A stretch of DNA of 64,000 nt from an uncultured Phycisphaerales bacterium. GTDB taxonomy: Bacteria > Planctomycetota > Phycisphaerae > Tepidisphaerales > Tepidisphaeraceae. The position numbers and the translations under genes were made by a program. The notes under the pieces are model-generated. The model saw only the letters and a list, made by a program, of their open reading frames with translations. It had not been told where the DNA came from and did no database searches. The DNA is taken from the NCBI GenBank assembly GCA_963755915.1, contig CAVWLP010000002.1, positions 2,240,001 through 2,304,000 on the forward strand, in the 5' to 3' direction. Below are positions 21,322-32,191 of the stretch, one piece after another. Each line of letters begins with the position of its first letter. The stretch's first letter is position 1.

Positions 21322-23361
21322 GTGTTAACGGTGGTCGCGGTATTTCTCGCGGCCTTCGCACTTTTCCATCCGTCTGCCGCTCTTGCCCGCGCCGGAGGCG
21401 GCGAAGGTTTCGGCGGCGGTGGTGGGGGCGACCATGGAGGAGGCGGCGGGGGTGGGGGCGGGGGGATCGGCTGGCTGATCTATTACTGGATTCTTTTCTG
21501 CATCGATTATCCGTACATCGGCCTGCCGGTCACGCTCCTTGTTCTGTTCGCGATCTACAAGGGACACCAGGGCGGGATGTCGGCCTACACCGGCAGCGTC
21601 ATTCGCCGGGGGCTTGAAGCCGCTGATAGCAACCAGTCGCGCGACGCGGTGGCGGCCATGGGGGAGGCGGATTCGCCGCCGGAGGTGCAGAGATTTTTGC
21701 GGCGAACGGGGGCTGCGTTCATGAAAATTCAGCAGGCATGGTGCGGGCAGAATCTTGCGCCGATTCGCCCCTTCGTTTCGGATGGGGTCTTTGAGCGGTT
21801 TTCCCTTCAGATCGACGAGCAGAGATCGCTGGGATATCGCGATCACATGGACCATATTGCCATCGAATCGACCGCCCTCGTCGAATTCACCGCGGGTCCG
21901 GTGTTTGACGTCGCCACGGTTTGCTTCAGTGCGCGGGCAGCCGATTACCGGGCCGATTTGAAAACCGGCGAGAGAATCTCCGGCTCGGATGATATCGAGC
22001 CGTTCGTGGAATTCTGGGCGTGGATTCGCCGGCACGGATTCAAGAGCGATCCGACCAAGCCGGGGCTCATCGAAGGCAACTGCCCCAACTGCGGCGCGGC
22101 CATCGAGATGAACCAGTCGGCCCAGTGCACCCATTGCCAGGCGATTCTTCGCAGCGGGGAATTCGACTGGGTGCTCACGGAAATCACCCAGGAGAGCGAA
22201 TGGGATCGCGGGCGGCACCAGATGCTGGCGGGGGTTGCCCAGTTCCAGCAGAAGGACCCGGGGATCAGCCGGGTTGGGATCGAAGACCGCGCATCGGTCA
22301 TGTTCTGGCGGAAGATGCTCGCGGACCGGAGTGGGAAGATTAATCCGCTGAGAAAAATCGCGACGGACGATTTCTGCCGGGATTATGCGGCGGAAAGCCT
22401 GGCGCCGCAGCCCGATGGCAGCCGCCCGTTTTGCGGCGATTGCGCCCTCGGCGGCGTGCAACTGCTGGGCTTCGTTGCCGATGAAGATGAGGACAACGCG
22501 ATCGTCGAACTGGTGTGGGAAGGGAGGCTGATTATCGTCCATCCGGGGGCGGTGCTGGACCAGTCGGGCCAGCGGATGCACGTGCATACCCTTTTTATTC
22601 TGAAGCGCAAGGCGGGGGTGAGCAGCGATCCGGGCACGAGCCTCTCGTCGGCTCATTGCCCGAACTGCGGCGCGCCGGTGACCAGCGACCTGTCCCCCGC
22701 CTGCACGTTTTGCGGAACGGTTTTAAACGACGGATCGCGCGGGTGGGTGCTGACGGCGGTGACATCCGCGCAGTCTGACCTGGCCCGCCAGTGGAGGCAG
22801 CGGCTGGCGCCGGCGGACCTCCGGCCCGTGGGGGTCGTGAACGGCGTTTCGCGCAAGGGGCTGCTGGCATGGGCGGTGAGGGTGTCGGCGGCGGATGGAA
22901 CCGTCGATCAGGAAGAGCGGGATATGCTGAATTCGCTCGCGGATAAATGCCGGGTGGATCCGTTGCTGCTGAATCAAATGATCCGGGCAGCGCTATTGGG
23001 ACGGCTGGTGGCGCCGGAGCCTCCCGATGCCGAAACGGCGCGGACCTGGCTAAAGGCGATGGCCGCGGCCGCGCTGGTGCACGGCCAGGTGCAGCCGCCG
23101 GAGGCGCAGCTCCTGCATCGCGCCGCGGCGCGTTTCGGCATCAGCGACGCCGAGGTGACCGAGATGCTCTCGCAGCAGCGCGACGAGCATTTGGCCACCG
23201 CGCAAGTGCGCTGCAAACGGCGCGGCAAAATGAGAACTGAAATCCGCTATTTGGCGGGCGCCACTTCCACCTCAAACACATACGACGGCCCAAACATATT
23301 CGAGCGGAAGATGACCCACTTCCCGTCGCGGGTGAAGACGGGGTTGGGCTCCAGTGAATAA
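21322..23361 (+). CDS. Membrane protein with two Tim44-like + zinc-ribbon modules and C-terminal TerB-like domains; true stop may be 23240
   Basis: Signal peptide, Gly-rich stretch, TM; CPNCGA..CTHC and CPNCGA..CTFC; VSAADGTVDQEERDML TerB-like motif. Confidence 0.75.
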   Translation: MLTVVAVFLAAFALFHPSAALARAGGGEGFGGGGGGDHGGGGGGGGGGIGWLIYYWILFCIDYPYIGLPVTLLVLFAIYKGHQGGMSAYTGSVIRRGLEAADSNQSRDAVAAMGEADSPPEVQRFLRRTGAAFMKIQQAWCGQNLAPIRPFVSDGVFERFSLQIDEQRSLGYRDHMDHIAIESTALVEFTAGPVFDVATVCFSARAADYRADLKTGERISGSDDIEPFVEFWAWIRRHGFKSDPTKPGLIEGNCPNCGAAIEMNQSAQCTHCQAILRSGEFDWVLTEITQESEWDRGRHQMLAGVAQFQQKDPGISRVGIEDRASVMFWRKMLADRSGKINPLRKIATDDFCRDYAAESLAPQPDGSRPFCGDCALGGVQLLGFVADEDEDNAIVELVWEGRLIIVHPGAVLDQSGQRMHVHTLFILKRKAGVSSDPGTSLSSAHCPNCGAPVTSDLSPACTFCGTVLNDGSRGWVLTAVTSAQSDLARQWRQRLAPADLRPVGVVNGVSRKGLLAWAVRVSAADGTVDQEERDMLNSLADKCRVDPLLLNQMIRAALLGRLVAPEPPDAETARTWLKAMAAAALVHGQVQPPEAQLLHRAAARFGISDAEVTEMLSQQRDEHLATAQVRCKRRGKMRTEIRYLAGATSTSNTYDGPNIFERKMTHFPSRVKTGLGSSE

Positions 23362-24599
23362 TCGTGCCTGGACATATTCACCAGGCGCTCGGCCATGAGA
23401 TGGCCGGGCTGAATCATATGGCTGGTGTCGAAGGTGCCCGATTCCAGATTCTGATCGAGCGTGGGGGTGAAAAGAAAAATCCACTTGGCGGTGTTGCTGC
23501 CGTCCCCGGCGAATAGTGAGCCGTCCCGGGAAACATTGGCGTGGATCGACGCCGTGTCCGGCGGGTTGTGGTACCAGGTCTGCTGGCCGGTATCGAGGTT
23601 AGTGCCGGCCAACCACGTCAGCCCCTCTTCGCCGCGCGGGGTGTAGAGTTGATACCAGATGGTTCGCCCATCGGCCGACCAGAATTCGTGGCCCCACATT
23701 TCGTTGATCATGGTGCGCTTGTGGACGTTGAACAGCCCGGTACCATCGGTGCGGATCGTCCAGACCCGGTCGTTGAGCTGCCAGGGTCCCTCGTGGCAAA
23801 ACATCAGGAGGTTGGGATCGGTCGGCGAGAACTGGAAATGGTTGTCCCAGTCGTTGCTGGGGTTGAAGGTTTTGATCTCGCCGGTCTGGGCGTCCATGGT
23901 GACCAGGGCCATGGGCAGATGCTGCGACCAGCGGGCGTAGAGATTGATCCGCCGGCCGCGCTCGGCGGTGACCGGGCGGGTTGAAGCGCCGCTACGGCCA
24001 TCGAGATAGGTGACTGCGCCGGCGAGGAGGGTTTCGTCGCAGTTGACGGTGCCGACGTTCACGCCGCGCGGAAGCTCGCCGATTTCGTGCTGCTCTTTAG
24101 TAATCGGGTCGATCCACCAGACGGAGTGTTTGGCCGATTCGAAATCGCCGCCGGGGACGAACTCGGTCTTCGTATAAAAGATTCGCCCGGTTTTGCGGCC
24201 GACGACGATCACGCTGATCTGCGACCCTGTAAATCCCTGCGTAAACTGAGACGTGTTGCCGGCAAGGATCTGCTCGATTTTCCGCGATTCCAGATCGACC
24301 TGGTAAATCCCCGTCGGCGAGGTGAAGACCAGCTTCTTCCCATCGAGGGAGAAGGCGTTCTGATGAAAATAGAGGCTCATGCTCCCCGGCTCATCCGAAA
24401 GCCGGATCACCCGATGACCGGTATCGCGGTCGATCCATTCCTTGGGCGGATTGGCGACGGTGACGGTGTTAAAGGCCTGGCCCGTGTTCAGATCAGCACC
24501 CGTCGCCTGCGTGGTTGGCGCGGACGACGAAGCCTGCTGATGCGCCGGCACTGAAGAACAACCGATCAGGCAGATCGCGATCAAAATTGCATATTTCAT
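23247..24599 (-). CDS. Oligogalacturonate lyase-family beta-propeller lipoprotein
   Basis: WIDRDTGHRVIRLS, SLYFHQNAF, MFCHEGPW, GHEFWS, FRSNMFG; lipobox LIGC. Confidence 0.88.
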   Translation of the reverse strand: MKYAILIAICLIGCSSVPAHQQASSSAPTTQATGADLNTGQAFNTVTVANPPKEWIDRDTGHRVIRLSDEPGSMSLYFHQNAFSLDGKKLVFTSPTGIYQVDLESRKIEQILAGNTSQFTQGFTGSQISVIVVGRKTGRIFYTKTEFVPGGDFESAKHSVWWIDPITKEQHEIGELPRGVNVGTVNCDETLLAGAVTYLDGRSGASTRPVTAERGRRINLYARWSQHLPMALVTMDAQTGEIKTFNPSNDWDNHFQFSPTDPNLLMFCHEGPWQLNDRVWTIRTDGTGLFNVHKRTMINEMWGHEFWSADGRTIWYQLYTPRGEEGLTWLAGTNLDTGQQTWYHNPPDTASIHANVSRDGSLFAGDGSNTAKWIFLFTPTLDQNLESGTFDTSHMIQPGHLMAERLVNMSRHDYSLEPNPVFTRDGKWVIFRSNMFGPSYVFEVEVAPAK

Positions 24600-24642
24600 G
24601 GAGGTACCCCGGACTCTACTTCATCGGCGAAGAAAATAGTTT

Positions 24643-24708
24643 AACCACGGATTTCACGGATGATTGAATGCATCTTCTTATCCGTGCCCATCCGTGTAAT
24701 CCGTGGTT
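24643..24708. repeat. REP-like palindrome, family B (AACCACGGAT...ATCCGTGGTT)
   Basis: Inverted repeat; right arm TTCTTATCCGTGCCCATCCG recurs at about 46093-46125. Confidence 0.7.
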
Positions 24709-24716
24709 GGAAATCT

Positions 24717-25307
24717 TTATTTCCCTTCCGGCGGCGTAAACCGATTCCGATATTGCTGCAGCGCCGTCTTAAGCGTATCGACGATTCGCGGCATGTGATG
24801 GGCGGCCGTGATCACCCGCGCCGAAACCGCCGCGGTCGGATAGAAGCCGGTGATGAAATCGAAGAAGAATTCCGCCGAGGAATGGCCGACCATCACGCTG
24901 TTGGCGTACGCCCCGCTGAGAAGATCATCCGACAATTTAAAGTTCTCGTAGATTTCGGCGATCGTCGGCCGCTTCTGCGGAGGCTTGGGAAGTGCCGGCG
25001 GAGCGCCGTTGGCGGCAATGTATTTTTCCAGATTGTCGGAGGCGGCCGTGACGACCTGCTCCATTACCTTCGGGACGACGATCACCCTGGCCACGATCTG
25101 ATGCGGCCGGGTCAGCCCCTGCAGGAAATCCAGCACGAACTCGTTGGGGCTGTCGAGCACGAGCATCCCGGTGGTCGCCACCGCCCGGCCAAGCTTCTCC
25201 GGCACGCGGGCCGCCACCGGCTGGTGCTGAAACTGCTCGGCAAACGTGCCCAGGTCATTCTGGGCCGGCTTCGGGTCTTTTTTGGGTTCATCGGAGGGAG
25301 GTTCCAT
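24717..25307 (-). CDS. DUF3467-like protein with tandem domains
   Basis: Internal duplication: SPNEFVLDF and GAYANSVMVGHSSAEFFFDF, each followed by VxARVI. Confidence 0.7.
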   Translation of the reverse strand: MEPPSDEPKKDPKPAQNDLGTFAEQFQHQPVAARVPEKLGRAVATTGMLVLDSPNEFVLDFLQGLTRPHQIVARVIVVPKVMEQVVTAASDNLEKYIAANGAPPALPKPPQKRPTIAEIYENFKLSDDLLSGAYANSVMVGHSSAEFFFDFITGFYPTAAVSARVITAAHHMPRIVDTLKTALQQYRNRFTPPEGK

Positions 25308-25452
25308 GCTCTACAAAGCGTACAGACACCCGCGGATTTATTCCACTGCCGGTTCCCCGCCCATGTGCTGCCCCCCGACGTTTTCGCCGCCGTTTTGCGG
25401 GCCGATTGCAAGGCGCAGGCACATCGTCTATTACACAACTCCAGAGGATGAA

Positions 25453-27411
25453 ATGAGAATTTCGTGCCCGCGATTTGTGCCGCTGCTTTTTCTTCTGGCC
25501 CCGTTGCTACTCGTCCCGTGCTCGACTGCAACTGCCGATGAGACCCGCATCGACGTGCATCCGGACAGGCTCATTTCGGTTCCCTGCAACCTTCTCACCG
25601 GCGTTTGTCTGGAGGATGTGAACCACGAAGTCTACGGCGGGATTTACAGCCAGCTCATTTTCGGTGAAAGCTTTCAGGAATCGCCGGCGAATACCGCCCA
25701 GGCAGTGGGAAAAATTAGCGGAATGTGGCGGCCAATCCTGCACGGCGCCCCCGTCGCCAGTTTCGGCCTCGACACTCAATCGCCCTTTGTCGGAACCCAG
25801 TCGCAGCAGATGACGTTTCAATCCGGCGCTGGGGATGTCGCCATCCAAAACCGCGGGCTCAATGGCTGGGGAATCAGCCTCCTGGCCGGCAAATCGTACG
25901 AGGGATGCGTCTGGGTCCGCGCTGCTGCGCCCACCCGGCTCCTCGCGACTTTGCAGAGCGCAGACGGTGCAACAGTTTATTCGCAACAGCCGCTTCAAGT
26001 GCCCGCGGGCAACTGGACCCGGCTGGATTTTTCACTTACGCCCAGCGCTACCGACACCGCTGCCGCATTTGCGCTGGAGCTTCCGGCGCCGGGGTCTGTC
26101 ACAATTGGATATGCATTCCTCCAGCCCGGAACCTGGGGACGATTTAAGGGTTTGCCGGTGCGAAAAGACCTGGCGCTAGGATTAATCAACCAGGGGATTG
26201 GTATCATGCGCTACGGCGGTTCGATGGTGAACAGCCCCGAGTACCGTTGGAAGAAGATGATCGGTCCGCGCGACCACAGGCCGCCTTACGCCGGGCATTG
26301 GTATCCATACTCTTCCAACGGCTGGGGGGTGATGGATTTTCTGAACCTCTGCGAGGCCGCCAACATCGTCGGCGTTCCCGACTTGAGCCTCGACGAATCA
26401 CCCGGCGACATGGCCGACTTCATCGAATATGTGAACGGCTCGCCCGACACTCCGTGGGGCCGGCGGCGATCGGCCGACGGGCATCCAGCCCCGTATCATC
26501 TCAAGTATCTGGAACTGGGAAACGAACAGCGCGTCGACGACGCGTGCGCTGCAAAGTTCAATGCCATTGCCGGGGCCGTCTGGGCCAAAGACCCTGAAAT
26601 CATCCTCGTGATGGGGGATTTCAGCTTTAAGAAAAGAATCACCGATCCAAACCACATCACCGGCGCCGACAGCGGAATCGAAAACTTCGATGGCCAGCAG
26701 CAGATTCTCGATTTCGCCCGCCGGCACAACCGCGAGGTGTGGTTCGATGTCCATGTCTGGTCGGAAAACCTTCAGCCATCGCCCGACCTGCTTGCCCTGC
26801 CCAGTTATGTTGACGCGATCGACACCCTTGCCGCCGGCGCCAGGCATCGGGTCGTTGTCTTCGAGCTCAACGCCAACAGCCACGGCCTGCATCGGGCCCT
26901 GGCCAATGCAGTTTCGATCAATACGATTCGCCGCGATCATCGCGTCGCCGCCGTTTGCTCGGCCAATGCACTTCAGCCCGACGGACAGAACGACAACGGC
27001 TGGGACCAGGGGCTGCTATTTTTCAATCCGTCGCGGGCGTGGCTTCAGCCGCCGGCGTTCATTCCGCGCATGCCGGCGGATAACAATCTTCCGCAGCTCG
27101 TGCGGTGCGATGTGAGCCCGGGATCGAGCCTCGATGTAACCGCCTTGCGCAGCGAAGATGGAAAAACACTGGTGCTTGAGATCGTGAACAGCGGCTCGGC
27201 CGAGACGGCCGATATTTCGCTCCGACCTTTTGTGCTGGCCGCATCGGGTGCGCAGGTGATGGAATTGACGGGAGCTGATGATGCGACAAACACCGCTGCG
27301 AACCCGGACCGTGTGCAGCCTCAAGAGAGCCGGTGGGACCTGGAATTCAGCGACGGGACATTACGCCGGGTTTTTCCCGCGGAGAGTTTCACGGTTATCC
27401 GTTTCCAGTAA
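25453..27411 (+). CDS. Alpha-L-arabinofuranosidase-like glycoside hydrolase (GH51)
   Basis: Signal peptide; LEDVNHEVYGG, RYGGS, YRWKKMIGP, YLELGNE; C-terminal FPAESFTVIRF. Confidence 0.85.
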   Translation: MRISCPRFVPLLFLLAPLLLVPCSTATADETRIDVHPDRLISVPCNLLTGVCLEDVNHEVYGGIYSQLIFGESFQESPANTAQAVGKISGMWRPILHGAPVASFGLDTQSPFVGTQSQQMTFQSGAGDVAIQNRGLNGWGISLLAGKSYEGCVWVRAAAPTRLLATLQSADGATVYSQQPLQVPAGNWTRLDFSLTPSATDTAAAFALELPAPGSVTIGYAFLQPGTWGRFKGLPVRKDLALGLINQGIGIMRYGGSMVNSPEYRWKKMIGPRDHRPPYAGHWYPYSSNGWGVMDFLNLCEAANIVGVPDLSLDESPGDMADFIEYVNGSPDTPWGRRRSADGHPAPYHLKYLELGNEQRVDDACAAKFNAIAGAVWAKDPEIILVMGDFSFKKRITDPNHITGADSGIENFDGQQQILDFARRHNREVWFDVHVWSENLQPSPDLLALPSYVDAIDTLAAGARHRVVVFELNANSHGLHRALANAVSINTIRRDHRVAAVCSANALQPDGQNDNGWDQGLLFFNPSRAWLQPPAFIPRMPADNNLPQLVRCDVSPGSSLDVTALRSEDGKTLVLEIVNSGSAETADISLRPFVLAASGAQVMELTGADDATNTAANPDRVQPQESRWDLEFSDGTLRRVFPAESFTVIRFQ

Positions 27412-27621
27412 CGGCGGGCTTAGCTGAGAGGCGCATCAAGGCAATTGCGTCTGGCATAAAAGCGGAAGACTCCCACGCCAACCCCCCTCTTCGAGCCGCG
27501 CCGACATGGGGAATTCCCCCAAAAGCGCCCAACGTCCAAATAAAACCGGCGACCGCTTTTAAGTCGGGGGGTGGGAACGACGATGCTGACCACATCGGCC
27601 TGCGCCGAGGGAGAATAGAGC

Positions 27622-28169
27622 ATGACACGTAAAAATATTGGCTGGGTCGCCCTGGGCACTTTCGCGTTTGCGGTTTTGATCGGCGCGATTTGCGGCCGCC
27701 AGACGCCGCAATCGGCAGACGCATCGCCCTCATCCCCGCAACTCCCTCCCAATAATACACAAACCTGCCAGGTGGTTATCCAGCAGATAAATACCATCCA
27801 GCAAACGGTGATGTCGCAAAAGCATTCCGGCAGTCTCGTCGCAACACCGTTCGACGCGGTCGTTGCCCGGGAATCGCAGATCGACACGTCGCAGTGTCCG
27901 GCGGATTTCCGCTCGGCCATGACGCACTTCGTTGCCGCCGAGACGATTGCCTCCTTCAATGCCCGCATGGACCCGACCGGCGAGCTCGATCGTGCCTTAT
28001 CTGCGATTATGGAAACGTCCGCGACCTACGGCTTCGCCGCTCCCCGCGCCTCGCTGCGTGGGACGCCTACGGCCAAAGCGTACCTGACGACCAGAAACAG
28101 GATTTCGCGAACATCCAATCGGCGCTGGTTGATCTGGCGGATGTTGCCAGCAAGTATGGCGCGAAATGA
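27622..28169 (+). CDS. Hypothetical exported protein, frameshifted
   Basis: N-terminal TM/signal; IDTSQCPADFRSA; C-terminus continues in ORF 27894..28169. Confidence 0.55.
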
Positions 28170-28190
28170 ATTTGCCCGAACTGGGCGATT

Positions 28191-29132
28191 CTATTCCGCG
28201 TCCAACACATTCTGCGCCTGATCCCGGACTTTTGCGGCCTGGTCGACCACATCCTGCCATTTGCCCTCATTGCCGCCGACCAGAAACGCCGCTTCCCTTC
28301 CCTGCACCGCGACGCTATAGGCCTGACTGCACACATCGATGATGTTCGAGAGGGTGTTGCGATCGGGAGTGCTGAGCCCCTGGCGTACGGTGATGCCCGA
28401 ACCCCAGCCCCAGGTGGTGGGGCCGATCGTCGTCGATAGAATCACGTCGGCGTTTTGCTGCACGTTCGCGGTCGCCGCGCTCTGCTGAGCCAGCACGCGA
28501 AGGATGATCTCCCTGCCGCGCTGGCCGATGCTGCGGGTCAAAGTGACGAGCTGGGTGCGGTCGACGCCGGAGACGTTGGCCAAAGCGAAGAGGTCGGTGA
28601 TCCTGGGAACAACCTGGAAAATCGGGGCGATGTCCTGCGCCGTCTGAGCCGCCCGCAGTGCATCCTGCGAGCTTTGCCAGGTCGCGTCAAAGATGGCGGC
28701 GGCCGCCTGCTTCCATCCGTCGTCGGTGGTGACGTCGATCGACTGCCCGCCCGGGGGCTGGTAGGTGAGGCCGCGGCAATTCTGGAGGATCAGCGCGCCG
28801 CCGCGCGCCCGCAGTGCCGTTGGCGGATCATCCGCGGCTGCGGTCTCGGCGTCCTTGTAGGCCTTTATCGCTGCACGGCTGTCCTGCAACTTCACCAGGC
28901 AGTCGCCGCGCAGAAGCAGCAGGCTTGGGCGATCCACGCCGGTCGCAGGCGCGCCTTTCAGGAAGAGCAATCGCGAAATCTGCTGAAGGCACGGGTGATA
29001 TTGGCCGGCGGTATAGAGTTCGCGAAGCTGCGCCGTTGTGGGGATGGTGACGGTCTGTGCCCAAGCGGGGCTTATTGCAAAGACCCCGAGAAGAACCAAA
29101 AAGCAGCGCCAATGAAGAAGTTTCGGACGCAT
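28191..29132 (-). CDS. Hypothetical exported helical (TPR-like) protein
   Basis: Signal peptide ending PAWA-Q; LLLRGDCLVKL..AAIKAY TPR-like helix. Confidence 0.7.
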   Translation of the reverse strand: MRPKLLHWRCFLVLLGVFAISPAWAQTVTIPTTAQLRELYTAGQYHPCLQQISRLLFLKGAPATGVDRPSLLLLRGDCLVKLQDSRAAIKAYKDAETAAADDPPTALRARGGALILQNCRGLTYQPPGGQSIDVTTDDGWKQAAAAIFDATWQSSQDALRAAQTAQDIAPIFQVVPRITDLFALANVSGVDRTQLVTLTRSIGQRGREIILRVLAQQSAATANVQQNADVILSTTIGPTTWGWGSGITVRQGLSTPDRNTLSNIIDVCSQAYSVAVQGREAAFLVGGNEGKWQDVVDQAAKVRDQAQNVLDAE

Positions 29133-29208
29133 AGTTCACCTCGCCGACCGTGAAATTTCAAATTATCTGCTTTACGAATCGCTGGCCCCGCCCATTCCAT
29201 CCAACCCT

Positions 29209-29241
29209 CCCAGTTTGTCGCGGACTGTTACCTTTTGTACC
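29209..29241. repeat. 33-bp intergenic element, copy 1
   Basis: cccagtttgtcgcggactgttaccttttgtacc; 31/33 identical to 46833-46865. Confidence 0.8.
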
Positions 29242-29277
29242 CGATGTCTCGCGGCACAAAAATAATTCGTCGCCGAA

Positions 29278-31052
29278 TTAAAAACCCGTCCGCTTAAACT
29301 GCTTCTCCAAATCCCGCAGCGTCAATCGCAAAGTCGTCGGCCTGCCATGCGGGCAGTTGCTGCTGCGATCGATGAGATGACGCCTCGCCAGCAGCGCCTC
29401 GATCTCCTGCGGCGAGAGGGGGTCGCCCGCTTTCACGGCCGCTTTGCAGGCCATCATGTCGAGCACTTCGTGCAGGAGTTCTTCGTGGCTGAGGTCGAGC
29501 GATTCCTGCTCGCCGCGATCGAGCACGTCGGCGAGGAATTCCGCAGGGTCAAGACGCTGGAGGAAGCTTGGAAAAGAATGGATGGCGACGGTTCCCGGCC
29601 CGATCGAGGCGGCTTCGATTCCCAGGCGCTGCAAGAGCGACTGAATTTGTTCCAGCAGCTCCTGCTGTTTTTCGCTGGCCGGCAGGGTGATTGGGATCAG
29701 CAGCCGCTGGCTTTCCAGCGGGCCGCGGGAAAGGCGCGTGGAGGAGGTCTTCGTACATGATCCGCTCGTGCAGGGCGTGCTGGTCGATGATGATCAGGCC
29801 GTCGTCGCTTTCGGCGACGAGATAGCTGTTGTGAAGCTGGATCGCCGGCGGTGGGGGGGATTCGATTTCGATGCGCGGCGGGGGAGGAGCAACCGGCGCC
29901 AAGCCGGCGCCGTGGCGGGTTGGGCGGCCATTTCCGATTTTGCGCTCGATTCCGGCAGCGCCGATTTGAAGAAATCCGCCAGCCGTTCTCGCAACTGCGT
30001 GTGTTGCGCCTCGTTCGCGATGACCGCAGCGTTGGGCGCGGGACGGCCAGGGGCGTCAGATCGCTGCCCAGCAGTTTCTCGCGAATGCTGGAAAGAATCA
30101 GTCCATGAATCCGCGCGCTGTCGCGAAAGCGAACTTCGCTTTTGGTCGGATGGACGTTCACGTCCACATCCTGCGGTGGCATGGTGATCAGCAGAATCGC
30201 CGCGGGCTGGCGGCCGGGCTCGGTCAGCCCGCGATAGGCTTCGCGCAGGGCGTGCTGGATGAAGCGGTCGCGGATGGGGCGGCCGTTGAGGAAGAAGAAC
30301 TGGTGCTTGGCGACGGGGCGGGCCAGCTCCGGCAAACCGATCAGGCCAACTAAACCAATCTCCGCGTCCTGTCTCTCGACGGGCAGGCCCGATTCGGCGA
30401 AATCATCCGGCCAGGCACAGAGCCAGCGGCGCTTGGCCGTCTCGGCGGCTAATTCGAACGTGGGTTTGCCATTGTGCGAGAGGACGAAGGAGATTTCCGG
30501 ATGGGGGACGGCCAGGCGAACCAGCGCTTCGCTGATGTGTCCGAACTCGGTGGCTGCGCCTTTGAGGAATTTTCGCCGCGCGGGCGTGTTGAAGAAGAGG
30601 TTGCGAATTTCGACGACGGTGCCGACGTTTCCCGCGGCGGCCTGGGGCTGATCGATCACGCCGCCGCGGTTGAAGATTTCGTAAGCGACTTCCTGTGCCG
30701 GCGTGCGGCTGAGAATTCGGGCGTGGGAGACGGCGCCGATGCTGGCCAGCGCTTCGCCGCGGAATCCCATGGTGCTGATGCGGAAGAGGTCTTCATCGCT
30801 CTGAAGCTTGCTGGTGGCGTGGGAGGCGAAGGCGAGGGGGAGTTCCTCGACGGGCATGCCGGAGCCGTCGTCGATGATGCGGATCAAGGCGCGGCCGCCG
30901 TCTTCGATTTCAACGGTGATGTGCGTGGCACCGGCGTCGATGGCGTTTTCGACCAGTTCCTTGACGACGGAAGCGGGGCGTTCGATGACCTCACCGGCGG
31001 CGATGCGATTGACGAGCGCGGGGGAAAGCTGCTGGATGGGATTTCGAGGCAC
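29278..31052 (-). CDS. mutL: DNA mismatch repair protein MutL, frameshifted
   Basis: IAAGEVIERPASVVKELVENAIDAG, GFRGEAL, DVNVHPTK, DQHALHER, ACKAAVK, CPHGRP. Confidence 0.95.
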
Positions 31053-31101
31053 GGGGCGATTATAGCGAATCGGAGATCGCTGCGAAAAATTCGGGGGCTG
31101 A

Positions 31102-31896
31102 TCACCCAATCGAGCGCACCACGCCGCCGTCGACGCGCAGCGAGGCCCCGTTGGTTGCAGATGAGAGCGGGCTGCACACGAACGCCACGAGATTGGCCAC
31201 TTCCTGAGGCGTTTCGAAGCGCTGAAGAAGGGACGATGGCCGGGCGTGCTGGAAAAATTGTTTCTCGAATTCCTTCGGGGAGATGTTCTTTTTCTTCGCC
31301 AGGTCGGCGACAAAGGCCTGGGCGCCTTCGGAGGCGGTGGGGCCGGGGAGGACGGAATTAACGGTGACGCCGGTGCCGATGGTGGCTTCGGCGAGGCCGC
31401 GGGCGATAGCAAGCTGGGCGGTTTTGGTCATGCCGTAATGAATCATTTCAGCGGGGATTTGCAGAGCGGATTCGCTGGAGATGAAAATGATGCGGCCCCA
31501 GTTCTGCTTGAGCATTTTGGGGAAGTAGGAGCGGCTGAGGCGCACGCCGCTCATGACGTTGGTCTGGAAGAATTTTTCCCAGTCGCTGTCGGGGATTTCG
31601 ACGAAGGGTTTTGGCTCGAAGATGCCGGCGTTGTTGACGAGGATATCGACGCTGGGAAGGGCAGCAGCAATTTTGTCGCAGCCGGTAGCGGTTGAAATGT
31701 CGGCGTCGATGCCGGCGACTTTGGCTTTGGGGTGCGCCTTGCGGATTTCCATTAGAGCCTTTTCGACGCGTGCGGTGGTGCGGCCATTGAGGGTGACGTG
31801 AGCGCCCTCGGCGGCCAGCAGCGTTGCGATGGCAAGCCCGATGCCGCCGGTGGAACCGGTGACCAGTGCGATCTTGCCGGTAAGTTGCAGGTCCAT
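31102..31896 (-). CDS. SDR-family oxidoreductase
   Basis: VTGSTGGIG, VNNAG, YGMTK. Confidence 0.92.
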   Translation of the reverse strand: MDLQLTGKIALVTGSTGGIGLAIATLLAAEGAHVTLNGRTTARVEKALMEIRKAHPKAKVAGIDADISTATGCDKIAAALPSVDILVNNAGIFEPKPFVEIPDSDWEKFFQTNVMSGVRLSRSYFPKMLKQNWGRIIFISSESALQIPAEMIHYGMTKTAQLAIARGLAEATIGTGVTVNSVLPGPTASEGAQAFVADLAKKKNISPKEFEKQFFQHARPSSLLQRFETPQEVANLVAFVCSPLSSATNGASLRVDGGVVRSIG

Positions 31897-31964
31897 GGTG
31901 ACTCCTTCCTGTCGGACGGAGTATGGTATGGTTGGCCTTAAGGGAGAAGTCAAAGCACAAATCC

Positions 31965-32070
31965 ATGGAGCACCTGGAAGGGCGACAATCGGTTCTGGCG
32001 GCGCTGGCGGCGCGACAGCGGAAGTTTCAGGTGATCCTGATCAACCAGGGGGCGCATCGGGAAAAAGATC
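31965..32070 (+). pseudogene. Truncated duplicate of the 5' end of the TrmH-family methyltransferase gene
   Basis: About 105 bp nearly identical to 33627-33730 (MEHLEGRQSVLAALAARQRKFQVILINQGAHREK), then diverges into AT-rich DNA. Confidence 0.85.
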
Positions 32071-32191
32071 GCCGATTTACTGAAGGTTTGTTCATTACTG
32101 GAAACCTACTAATCTGTTTGATATTAGTAGGTTATTGGTATATCATTTCCGCGTAGGATATAGTACCAATTGTTACAAAATTAGTAGATTT

